From positions 99,418-163,417 of the forward strand of contig PLCJ01000001.1 in the NCBI GenBank assembly GCA_003135635.1: a stretch of DNA of 64,000 bases, in the 5' to 3' direction. The stretch is from Candidatus Adlerbacteria bacterium (GTDB lineage: Bacteria; Patescibacteriota; Minisyncoccia; Phycocordibacterales; SBAW01). The translations under genes and the position numbers were made by a program. This document shows, piece after piece, positions 37,886 to 46,277 of the stretch (positions within the stretch are counted from its first letter, which is position 1; every line of letters starts with the position of its first letter). The notes under the pieces are model-generated. The model was given only the letters and a program-made list of their open reading frames with translations. It had not been told where the DNA came from and did not search any database.

Positions 37886-37912
37886 GGCCCAGGATATAAA
37901 TGGTCCTGGGCC
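37886..37912. terminator. Bidirectional hairpin terminator between SemiSWEET-like gene and dut
   Basis: GGGCCCAGGAtataaatgGTCCTGGGCC followed by T-rich tract. Confidence 0.55.
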
Positions 37913-37917
37913 TCCCG

Positions 37918-38487
37918 TTATTTTGTACCAGTAGATCCAAAGCCACCAGCACCTCGTTGAGTTCCATCCAAATCTTGATAGGCGGTGACTTCTGTGATCT
38001 CCGGAATGAGGGCTGTCTGAAAAACAATCTGAGCAATACGTATGTTGTGGTGAAGATCGAACTTGCTCTTATTGCGATTGTATACCAGTACGCCAGCTTC
38101 TCCTCGATAATCAGGGTCGACCGTCCCAGGTGCATTAGTGACCGTAATACCATACTTGGAAGCGAGGCCACTTCTTGGTGCTACCCAATAGAACATTGGG
38201 TATGGCATCTCTGTAACGAAGCCGATGCCAACCAGAACCGATTCTCCAGGGTCCATTCGGTATACTAGTTCACCGCCTTCGGTTTTCACGATATGGCGGC
38301 TAATTTCTGGATCGGTGGGAATTGTTTCGAAGTCGAAAAGTGTTTTCCGGAGACTCGAGTTATGGGGATCCATTTCTCGAGGGCAAATAATTGCTCGAAG
38401 CGAGACATCATAACCGATGGCTCCGTCTGTTTGCCGCTTGGGAAGTTTTCCACCGGGTAAGACATAAATCTTCAGACGAGACTGCAT
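37918..38487 (-). CDS. dut: dUTP diphosphatase with internal insertion
   Basis: dUTPase motifs I-V: GAIGYDV, RSGLASKYGI, GTVDPDYRGE, RIAQIV, RGAGGFGSTG; ~40 aa insert between motifs I and II. Confidence 0.85.
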   Translation of the reverse strand: MQSRLKIYVLPGGKLPKRQTDGAIGYDVSLRAIICPREMDPHNSSLRKTLFDFETIPTDPEISRHIVKTEGGELVYRMDPGESVLVGIGFVTEMPYPMFYWVAPRSGLASKYGITVTNAPGTVDPDYRGEAGVLVYNRNKSKFDLHHNIRIAQIVFQTALIPEITEVTAYQDLDGTQRGAGGFGSTGTK

Positions 38488-38604
38488 CTCCTGCTCCTTT
38501 GATTGTTATTTTCTCTATAGCTCCTGTTGTGCACTCTATCCACCGGTATATATAAGTCAAGCATCTCTGCTCCGCCCGATGTACGACGTTAAACCTATTA
38601 AATA

Positions 38605-38662
38605 AAAAAGAAACCGCCCGACCCGAGAAAGCCAGATGGTTCCTACGGTAGGCGGCTTATTT
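38605..38662 (-). terminator. Hairpin + T-tract downstream of minus-strand gene 38657-38950
   Basis: CCGCC...GGCGG stem with oligo-T on the minus strand (A-run on plus). Confidence 0.4.
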
Positions 38663-38950
38663 TTTTTGAACTTCTATATAAAAGCGATCCCCATTACGAT
38701 GCAAAACCGCAAACTCTCCTTCTATGGAACCATAAAAGGTGTGGCGTTCCGAACGCCAGTGCGGATTAAATATTGCCAGTATTTTTGGCAATAGAGAACT
38801 TTTCTCCGCATCCTTAGTCTTGCTGTCCGGTTCAGTTGTGAGCTCGATCGCTTCATCTCGTATTAGTTTTTCTATGTCTCCTGTCCGGATCAAGATTTTT
38901 TCGTCACGGTACCCAGGTTCTAATTCCAAGGGGTTTCTCCTTCTTGTCAT
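38657..38950 (-). CDS. Hypothetical protein (97 aa)
   Basis: ORF only; no motif recognised. Confidence 0.3.
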   Translation of the reverse strand: MTRRRNPLELEPGYRDEKILIRTGDIEKLIRDEAIELTTEPDSKTKDAEKSSLLPKILAIFNPHWRSERHTFYGSIEGEFAVLHRNGDRFYIEVQKK

Positions 38951-39128
38951 GTTTTATATTGTGGGTGTAACTATGTCAAATAATAATCTCCACTTCCACC
39001 TGATAAAGAATGTTCGAACCTATTCAAGAAGGGAAGTCGTCTATAATTTGACAGTCAAACTAAATTATTGTATACAATAGAGAGAGCGGACAAATTGTTG
39101 TCTGCAATATAACGGGAGGAAACACCTT

Positions 39129-39449
39129 GTGATAGAGAATACGCATAACGATACCGGATACAACAAATACCTTCGTGAATATATGGACGACAGCACCGAG
39201 AAACTCAAGGAAATCCTTCAGGACTGGGAAAAGAAACACTGGTGCATAAGGGGATTCCTTGCGGTCTACACGCCCTTTTTCATCGATTGGGCACTGAGGA
39301 ACGACGTAATAAAAGACCTGATCAATGCACGCGAAAATCCCGACGGCGTCGTCGCGAAAAGGATCTTCCCGATTCTGGAGGGCTGGCGTGCTGAGCGACT
39401 TCGTTCATCAGGAGGCTATATGTACATAGTGAAGAACGGCAATCGGTGA
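39129..39449 (+). CDS. Hypothetical protein (106 aa), GTG start with strong SD
   Basis: GGGAGGA 8 nt upstream of GTG; followed by terminator. Confidence 0.4.
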   Translation: MIENTHNDTGYNKYLREYMDDSTEKLKEILQDWEKKHWCIRGFLAVYTPFFIDWALRNDVIKDLINARENPDGVVAKRIFPILEGWRAERLRSSGGYMYIVKNGNR

Positions 39450-39478
39450 AATCCTCGTGCAGAAAGTCTTTCCTAAGA

Positions 39479-39512
39479 ACCCCGCCCCTTAAGGTGGCGG
39501 GGTTTTCTTTGC
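39479..39512 (+). terminator. Rho-independent terminator
   Basis: aaCCCCGCCccttaaggtGGCGGGGttttctttg. Confidence 0.7.
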
Positions 39513-39557
39513 TCTTCTGACTGGGTGATGTTCGAACCTATTTTAAGTGAGTTTGAC

Positions 39558-39977
39558 TTAACTTTTATCCTTCAGCATCTTTTTTATCGGCTGCCAATAA
39601 TGGGTCTTCCAACCGCTGTCAATGTGTTTTGCCTCTTTCGCAGGAATATCGATATGAGTAAAACTGAGCGCGGTTCCTTTCTTTGTAGGTTTAAATTTGT
39701 AGGAAACAATTGAAAAATGTCCCCGGGGCCACCCTGCTCCTCTCCACGCCTGAACTATTCTTTTATCTTTTACAAGGTCGAGGTTGATGCTGTAAATGTA
39801 GCTTCCGTATGCGCGAGATATACCTCCTATCTTCTTGCTAATCCTTGCAAGTTCGCCACTGAACTTTGCGTGCTTCTTAGAATCCATAATAGCTTCATAC
39901 AAAACATGTGGGCTCACGCTGAAAGTAACAGTTTGTCGCACATCTTTGGTTTTTATCATGCTGTTATTATACGTCAT
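39558..39977 (-). CDS. SRPBCC-superfamily (AHSA1-like) protein, second copy
   Basis: Length and pattern similar to gene at 29976-30437 (AHSA1-like beta-grip). Confidence 0.5.
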   Translation of the reverse strand: MTYNNSMIKTKDVRQTVTFSVSPHVLYEAIMDSKKHAKFSGELARISKKIGGISRAYGSYIYSINLDLVKDKRIVQAWRGAGWPRGHFSIVSYKFKPTKKGTALSFTHIDIPAKEAKHIDSGWKTHYWQPIKKMLKDKS

Positions 39978-40109
39978 TGAATAATGAAGAAAGTCCTAGC
40001 CTCGTCTCGTAGATGACGGTCGAATCTATTTAACTGTGTAGACTCTATAAAAAAACCAAACACAGTGCCTATTGGCACTGTGTTTGGTGTACCGGACGTA
40101 ATGTAGAGA

Positions 40110-40853
40110 TTATTTATTACCCTGACCGATAACATCAAGATGAATTCCGTCAGAAGTATTAGTGGAGCCAACAAGACCTGCCTTGTTCCCAGTATCATCG
40201 CTGTCTTTATCGTTGTTAGCGGTACTTCCAACTACGACACTGGTCGCAGTGATGATGGAGCCATCAGCGTTAGGGGTGCCGGCTACCTTCACCTTGTCAC
40301 CGCTTTGCAGCGATGCGATGGTTGAGGTCGCGCCGTTAATTGTCACGGTCGTAGAGGCATTCCCCTGGACGGTGAGTGTGTGTTTACCGGCATTTGCAGT
40401 GAATGAATCATTCGCAGCATTTACCGAACTCACTATAAATGACTTAAAGTGCAAGGCGACTACTCCGGCAAGGTCACGTACTTTCGTCGCTGCCACTGTC
40501 ATCGTTGAACCGATGTTGCTGAGCGTTCCGGTGAAGTTTATCTTATCGCCGACATTGATAGCGGCAGTTGTAGAGGCGGTAGTTTGGTCGTCCGCGGAAA
40601 CCTTGGTCGTAGACGAAATATTTACAACCCAATTTATGACGATGTTACTCAGCGTGGTAGCGGCGTTAATGACTGCGCCTGAAACCGAAGTAACTTCCGC
40701 ACCAATAACATTGACTATACCGTTTTCGTTTATACTGACATGGGTCTGTGCATTTGCATTTCCACCAATCCCCCGTGCTGAAGCCGCGGCTGGCACGACC
40801 GTGAGGACTGCTGTGAGCACTAGAGAGCCAAAGAACATAGTAAAGCGATTCAT
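40110..40853 (-). CDS. Secreted Thr/Ser/Ala-rich repeat protein (DUF5666-like beta-rich repeats)
   Basis: Signal peptide MNRFTMFFGSLVLTAVLTVVPAAASA; two internal repeats containing GDK(I/V)x(F/V)xGT. Confidence 0.55.
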   Translation of the reverse strand: MNRFTMFFGSLVLTAVLTVVPAAASARGIGGNANAQTHVSINENGIVNVIGAEVTSVSGAVINAATTLSNIVINWVVNISSTTKVSADDQTTASTTAAINVGDKINFTGTLSNIGSTMTVAATKVRDLAGVVALHFKSFIVSSVNAANDSFTANAGKHTLTVQGNASTTVTINGATSTIASLQSGDKVKVAGTPNADGSIITATSVVVGSTANNDKDSDDTGNKAGLVGSTNTSDGIHLDVIGQGNK

Positions 40854-41180
40854 AATGTGATTATTTATTATGTGGCTAATAGTTGAGGAATATCTTCATC
40901 CCTCGTTCTAGTGATGACGTTTTTATCTAATTCCCCTTACCGTGGTGCTAGTAAGCCTCGGCAGGCCACTTCATCCTCAACGTTGTTGCTTCTCGAACTG
41001 GTTTTCTATTAACTCCCCCTCGTGAGGGATGCTAGAATCTATTTTGCTATACTCAAATAATGAAAAATTACTCAAAAATAGGAGGCGGCAAGGGGCGGCC
41101 GGCATATCGAACGCAAGCAACGTTTAGGTATCGAAAATATGTAACAATTATAAAGGGGAAAATAAAAAGAAAATAAAGCC

Positions 41181-41561
41181 ATGACTTTAAAAAAAGCTCC
41201 ATCCAAAAGCATCACTGGATACATCAATACCGCCCCTAAGGGGGCTCAGAAGAAATTGCGTGAAATGCGTGCGTGTATTCGCACATCGGCACCCGGGGCA
41301 AAGGAAAGTCTTAAGTGGGGAATGCCCGCTTTCTCCTACCGGAGAATACTGGTCACTTTTGCCGCATTCAAAAATCACATTGGCTTCTATCCCACGCCGT
41401 CTGCAGTCAGAGCCTTTGCGAATGATCTTTCGAAGTTTGCCACGGCTAAAGGATCAATTCAGTTTCCGCTGGAAAAGCCGCTACCTCTAACTCTGATCCG
41501 CAAGATCACCGCATTCCGCGTTCGAGAGAGTATAAAGGAAGATAAGAAATGGAAAACATGA
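41181..41561 (+). CDS. DUF1801 (YdhG/YdeI-like) domain protein
   Basis: Pattern W.MPAF......V.F...K.HI.FY typical of DUF1801. Confidence 0.5.
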   Translation: MTLKKAPSKSITGYINTAPKGAQKKLREMRACIRTSAPGAKESLKWGMPAFSYRRILVTFAAFKNHIGFYPTPSAVRAFANDLSKFATAKGSIQFPLEKPLPLTLIRKITAFRVRESIKEDKKWKT

Positions 41562-41831
41562 GACTATTCGAAACACACAATAATGTCTTAATCTTTACTC
41601 TCCTTGTGGAGGATGTTAAAACCAGTTTGATTACATAAAAATGGAAAGCTCGCCCAAAAATGAGCGAGCCTGGATATCCTAGGTTATAGGAGCAACTACA
41701 ATGATGTAGACTACTCAATGCGTAATTCCCATATTTGACGGGCAGCGCGAACCCACGCAGAAACCATACATAACTTCAAATGTTTTGTCAATCGTTTGGT
41801 CTGCTCCCCGCCTTGGAGGATGTTCGAACCT

Positions 41832-42458
41832 TTATCGAATTAAAAGTAGCAATACAGCAAGTAGAGCCATACCGAAATCTTCAATGAGCGTGATTTTGGT
41901 TAGAGGAACTTTCAGGAACGTGCCCAAACATGCACACTGAAACTTCTCACCTTTCGCAAGTTTGATCGAAACACCAATACCACTAAAGAGCATGATGATA
42001 ATTTCTGCCCATAAAAGAACTGGACTTTGCAGACCCGCAAGCATAGCCAGACCAAAGGATAGTTCTATAAAAGGATAGATATAGCCGTATGCAGGTACTT
42101 TTTGAGCCAATAGGTCGTATGTTGAATATCCTTCTGCAAATCCCTTTAAGTCCATGAGTTTGAACCCGGCAAAGGTGAGGAAGAACCCTGCCATGAAGTA
42201 GGAGATGGTATTAGCAATACTGAATGTTCCTACAGAGTAATCCTTCAAAGAAACAACAAGTGTTCCCAGTAATAGTAAAACGAAGATAACAATAAGTGGA
42301 ACATAGCTACGCAGGGTGAGTTTGCCTAACCCTGTGTCGTTAACTTGAATAGCAGGTTTAGATTTGAGCGTGCTCTCCTCAACAAGAGCCATGCCGCATT
42401 TTGGACAGCGACCAGGGCTTTCTTGGCGAATCTCTGGATGCATTGGGCAGGTGTACAT
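41832..42458 (-). CDS. Fusion of N-terminal YTCPMHP heavy-metal-binding motif (Cys-rich) to a 4-TM MauE/DoxX-like membrane domain
   Basis: YTCPMHPEIRQESPGRCPKCGMAL (metal-binding motif as found at N-termini of Cu/Ag efflux proteins) followed by four hydrophobic helices with CxC (QCAC) near the last helix. Confidence 0.6.
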   Translation of the reverse strand: MYTCPMHPEIRQESPGRCPKCGMALVEESTLKSKPAIQVNDTGLGKLTLRSYVPLIVIFVLLLLGTLVVSLKDYSVGTFSIANTISYFMAGFFLTFAGFKLMDLKGFAEGYSTYDLLAQKVPAYGYIYPFIELSFGLAMLAGLQSPVLLWAEIIIMLFSGIGVSIKLAKGEKFQCACLGTFLKVPLTKITLIEDFGMALLAVLLLLIR

Positions 42459-42503
42459 ACGGCTGCTTGAGTGAAAATCTAATCAGCGCACTTTATTACA
42501 AAT

Positions 42504-43022
42504 CTAGTTTCTAATCTGTCTCCAAAGCCAGATTCCTGCTAAAACCAAGTCAACTAGCACAACGAGAGAAACAAGGAAGAAGAGTACTCCTCCTATGCCA
42601 TATCCTCCCATATGTCCACCTGGTCCATAGCCTCCCATCATGCCAAAGCCGTAATTACTATTTACCGGACAACCAAGAAATCTCTCACCCATAGCGATAT
42701 GTACTTGGCTCAATGTTGCAGAACCTTCCCCGCCCATTCCTTGCTCCATCGCTTGATGTTGCTGTTCTGTAATACCAGAGCCCATTACTGCATCGCCTAA
42801 GTTTTCAAATTGCGTTTGTGTGACTTTACTGCAATCTACTTGATTTTGACTAGCTACGTTCTGACTTTGATAAATAGCCTGGAGTGCTGCTGTGGTACTG
42901 GCACTTGATGAGGTCGCTTGAACACTATTTTGACCGTAGTTCATCATGCCCATTTGAGCAGATGCAGTGTGAGCGACAATAAACAAACTTACTACAAACA
43001 AAAGGCTTATGATTTTTTTCAT
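42504..43022 (-). CDS. Secreted Met/Gly/His-rich protein with C-terminal TM anchor (candidate Cu-binding)
   Basis: Signal peptide MKKIISLLFVVSLFIVAHTASA; Met-rich motifs MGMMNYG, MGGYGPGGHMGGYG; C-terminal TM. Confidence 0.5.
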   Translation of the reverse strand: MKKIISLLFVVSLFIVAHTASAQMGMMNYGQNSVQATSSSASTTAALQAIYQSQNVASQNQVDCSKVTQTQFENLGDAVMGSGITEQQHQAMEQGMGGEGSATLSQVHIAMGERFLGCPVNSNYGFGMMGGYGPGGHMGGYGIGGVLFFLVSLVVLVDLVLAGIWLWRQIRN

Positions 43023-43140
43023 ATCAAAATAGTGAGAATAGATAATATCCTCATAGTAGACCTGTTGAGGGATTGCAACAACTTAAGTGCTGAACTGGTT
43101 CATTGGACAGGGATGGGTCACATCCACAAGATTAGTCTGC

Positions 43141-43166
43141 TCCGGCGGTAGGACTCGAACCTAGGC
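43141..43166 (-). pseudogene. tRNA 3'-half-like fragment (T-arm + acceptor strand) lacking a 5' half
   Basis: Minus-strand CTAGGTTCGAGTCCTACCGCCGGA = T-stem/loop (GGTTCGAGTCC) plus 7-nt acceptor strand; no complementary 5' acceptor strand within the 90 nt available before glyA. Confidence 0.4.
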
Positions 43167-43233
43167 AATCATATATAAATTGAGCATGTTTAAAATCTAC
43201 CTCAAGACCTTTCGTGTGTGCTAGGCTGAACAC

Positions 43234-44496
43234 ATGTACAATTTTGTAGAAATGCAAGACAAAGAAGTACTTCAGATTCTCACAGGGGAGGAAAAACGCG
43301 AAGCAGAAGGACTTGAACTTATTCCATCTGAGAACTACGTCTCGCAGGCTGTACGAGAGGCAAACGGTTCTATTTTCACTAACAAATATTCAGAAGGATA
43401 TCCTGGGAAACGATATTACGGCGGTCAAACATATACTGACCAGATTGAGATATTAGCGATAGAGCGTGCAAAAACATTATTTAGCTGTGGCTATGCGAAT
43501 GTGCAGCCATTGTCGGGAGCGAATGCAAATATCGCAACATACTTCGCTCTTCTTTTACCGGGCGACACGGTGCTTGGCATGGATCTCTCTCATGGGGGAC
43601 ATCTTACTCACGGTGCGCCAGTCACCTATATCACCAAATTTTTTAATTTTGTGCGCTATAAGATGAAAAATCCGGATACTGGTGAGATTGACTATGAGGA
43701 AATGCGCAAAGTCGCTCTTGAAGTGAAGCCAAAAATACTTCTTGCAGGGTTTTCGGCATACTCGCGTGAACTTGAGTATGACAAATTTGTCTCCATCGCG
43801 CGAGAGGTGGGAGCCTATGCGGTCATTGATATTGCCCATATTGCAGGCCTTATTGCGGGAGGGGTGGCAAAAAATCCATTTGATTACGGATTTGACATCA
43901 TGACTTCTACCACCCACAAGACGCTACGTGGTCCGCGTGGAGGTCTTATTCTCGTGCGTGAAAGCGAAGAGTTGGCAAAAAAAATAGACCGGGCTGTTTT
44001 TCCTGGACTTCAAGGAGGTCCTCATATGCATACTATTGCTGCAAAAGCGATCGCATTCGGCGAAGCAATGCAACCTTCTTTTAAAGTGTATACTGCACAG
44101 ATTTTAAAAAATGCCAAAGCAATGGAAACGGTTCTCCACGATCGCAAAGTACGTATGCTCGGTGGAGGTACCTCAAATCATCTTATTCTCGCAGACGTGC
44201 ACGGATCCCTCGGTGTTGGAGGCAGAGAAGCTGAAGAGATTCTCGATAGCGTTGGCATTACGCTCAATAAAAATATGATTGCAAATGACACGCGACCACC
44301 TCTGGACCCTTCTGGTATTCGCTTTGGTACTCCTGCAATCACCACTCGGGGCTTTACCGAGAAAGAAAGCGCACAAGTAGCGAATCTGCTACTTGATGGA
44401 ATTGCGCATCGCGGCGACAAAATAAAGCTTGACTCCATACGGCAAGAAATACGAAAGATGTGCATACAATTTCCCATACCCGACTCATTTGTATAA
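43234..44496 (+). CDS. glyA: Serine hydroxymethyltransferase
   Basis: SHMT N-terminus ELIPSENYVS, PLP-lysine motif TTHKTLRGPRGG. Confidence 0.9.
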   Translation: MYNFVEMQDKEVLQILTGEEKREAEGLELIPSENYVSQAVREANGSIFTNKYSEGYPGKRYYGGQTYTDQIEILAIERAKTLFSCGYANVQPLSGANANIATYFALLLPGDTVLGMDLSHGGHLTHGAPVTYITKFFNFVRYKMKNPDTGEIDYEEMRKVALEVKPKILLAGFSAYSRELEYDKFVSIAREVGAYAVIDIAHIAGLIAGGVAKNPFDYGFDIMTSTTHKTLRGPRGGLILVRESEELAKKIDRAVFPGLQGGPHMHTIAAKAIAFGEAMQPSFKVYTAQILKNAKAMETVLHDRKVRMLGGGTSNHLILADVHGSLGVGGREAEEILDSVGITLNKNMIANDTRPPLDPSGIRFGTPAITTRGFTEKESAQVANLLLDGIAHRGDKIKLDSIRQEIRKMCIQFPIPDSFV

Positions 44497-44560
44497 GACA
44501 AAAAATAGTACCTACAAGCAGCTCTTTCCTCAGCAGCACGTTAGCTGCTAGTGTAGATAT

Positions 44561-46243
44561 ATGATTCAGGAAAAGATTAAAGAAACAATCACACTCCTAT
44601 TGAGGGAAAAAGGTCTAGAAAACGTACCATTCACGGTTGAACGCCCGGCGAGCCTTGAGCATGGCGATTACGCGACAAATGTTGCACTTGCGGTGGCAAA
44701 AAGACTCAAAAAAAATTCTCACGAGATTGCTGAAATGCTGGCCACGCAACTTCACATAACGAAAGAATTTCAAAAAGTTGTGGTTGTGGCCCCGGGATTT
44801 ATAAACTTCTTCCTCTCCCGAGAGACGCTCCTGCAGAATATGATGCGGGCTGCAACAGATGAGTCATGGGGCAGAAACGATATATACCGAGAGAAAACTA
44901 TAGTGGTTGAATACACCGACCCCAATCCATTTAAAGAATTCCACATAGGCCATCTCATGAGCAACGCCATGGGAGAAAGTATCTCGCGGCTTTTGGAGTT
45001 ATCCAGTGCTCGGGTGGTGCGTGCAAACTACCAAGGAGACGTGGGACTGCATGTTGCAAAGTCGCTGTGGGCAATGCTCCACCATCCCATGAGAGAGGAT
45101 GATACAAAATCTCTTTCAGGAAGGGCTTCCTACTATGGCCGCATGTATGTTCTTGGAGAGCAAAAATATGCTGAGGATACAATCGCGCACAAAGAAATAG
45201 ATGTACTGAATGAAAAAATATATGAGAAATCTGACAAGGCGATACACACCTTGTATGCAGAAGGAAGGAAATGGAGCCTCGAGCATTTTGAAGAGCTCTA
45301 TCGAATTCTTGGCACGACATTTGATGTATATTTTTTCGAAAGTGAATCGGGCCCAAAAGGGATTGAAATTGTACGTGCCCACCCAGAGATGTTTGAAAAA
45401 AGTGATGGCGCGACTATTTTCCGGGCGGAGAAATATGGGCTCCATACGCGTGTTTTTATTAATTCCCTCGGGTTGCCTACCTATGAAGCGAAGGATCTTG
45501 GACTAGTGGAATTAAAGAGATCCGCTTATCCATTTGATACGTCTCTCACTATTACTGCAAATGAGCAAAACGAATACTTCAAAGTTGTGTTACAGGCAGC
45601 CGAGCTTATATTTCCTGAACTGAAGGGTAAACTGCTACATCGCTCCCACGGTATGCTGCGTTTTAGAGATGAAAAAATGTCCTCTCGCACGGGCAATGTC
45701 ATTACCGGCGAATCATTGCTCCGAACCCTACAAGAAAAGGCAAAAGAAAAAATGCAGGAGCGAAAGCTTATCAATGTCGAGGAAATTGCTCAACAAGTCG
45801 CGGTGGGTGCCATAAAGTATGCAGTGCTTAAGCAGCGAAGTGGACTTGATATCGTGTTTGATCCCCAAGCATCTCTCTCTTTTATCGGTGATTCTGGACC
45901 CTATCTCCAATATGCACACACTCGTACACTCTCGCTTATAGATCAGGCAAAAAAAGTAGGCATTACGGCACAAACGCAGCCAGCACCCACAACCCCATCT
46001 ACGCTGGAGCACCTTCTCATTCACTTTCCTGAAATAATTATTCGCTCAGCGCTTGAATATGAGCCTCACTATCTTACTACCTATCTCACTGAACTGGCTT
46101 CGGTATTTAGTTCCTGGTACGCCAGTGAGCGGGTTATCGGCGGATCCTACCCGTCCTATGGATTACTGCTGACGCAAGCAGTAGAGAGGACTCTGCGCTA
46201 CGGGCTTTTTGCACTCGGCATCCCTCAACCCAAAGAGATGTAG
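44561..46243 (+). CDS. argS: Arginyl-tRNA synthetase
   Basis: N-terminal Add-1 domain, class I HIGH (HIGH at FHIGHLMS), DALR anticodon-binding C-terminus. Confidence 0.85.
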   Translation: MIQEKIKETITLLLREKGLENVPFTVERPASLEHGDYATNVALAVAKRLKKNSHEIAEMLATQLHITKEFQKVVVVAPGFINFFLSRETLLQNMMRAATDESWGRNDIYREKTIVVEYTDPNPFKEFHIGHLMSNAMGESISRLLELSSARVVRANYQGDVGLHVAKSLWAMLHHPMREDDTKSLSGRASYYGRMYVLGEQKYAEDTIAHKEIDVLNEKIYEKSDKAIHTLYAEGRKWSLEHFEELYRILGTTFDVYFFESESGPKGIEIVRAHPEMFEKSDGATIFRAEKYGLHTRVFINSLGLPTYEAKDLGLVELKRSAYPFDTSLTITANEQNEYFKVVLQAAELIFPELKGKLLHRSHGMLRFRDEKMSSRTGNVITGESLLRTLQEKAKEKMQERKLINVEEIAQQVAVGAIKYAVLKQRSGLDIVFDPQASLSFIGDSGPYLQYAHTRTLSLIDQAKKVGITAQTQPAPTTPSTLEHLLIHFPEIIIRSALEYEPHYLTTYLTELASVFSSWYASERVIGGSYPSYGLLLTQAVERTLRYGLFALGIPQPKEM

Positions 46244-46277
46244 GGAAAAGTGTTGCTAATAGTGGTATATTTCGATT

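Noticed and set aside
38739-39080. 113-aa plus-strand ORF antisense to hypothetical gene 38657-38950
   Set aside because: Overlaps the minus-strand ORF and the intergenic repeat motif and has no RBS. The 39129 GTG ORF with a strong SD is the better plus-strand gene.
39525-39713. 62-aa ORF starting MMFEPIL at a repeat copy
   Set aside because: Entirely antisense to the SRPBCC gene (39558-39977). Kept only as part of the repeat-motif finding, not as a gene.
40162-40860. 232-aa plus-strand ORF fully overlapping the secreted repeat protein gene
   Set aside because: Mirror ORF generated by the A/T/S/V-rich repeat on the other strand. The minus-strand frame has a canonical signal peptide and repeat structure, and the plus frame has no features.
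43131-43233. tmRNA (ssrA) 3' end
   Set aside because: The required 5' partner of the acceptor strand would have to lie ~300 nt away inside the glyA coding region. No resume-codon/tag reading frame is evident.
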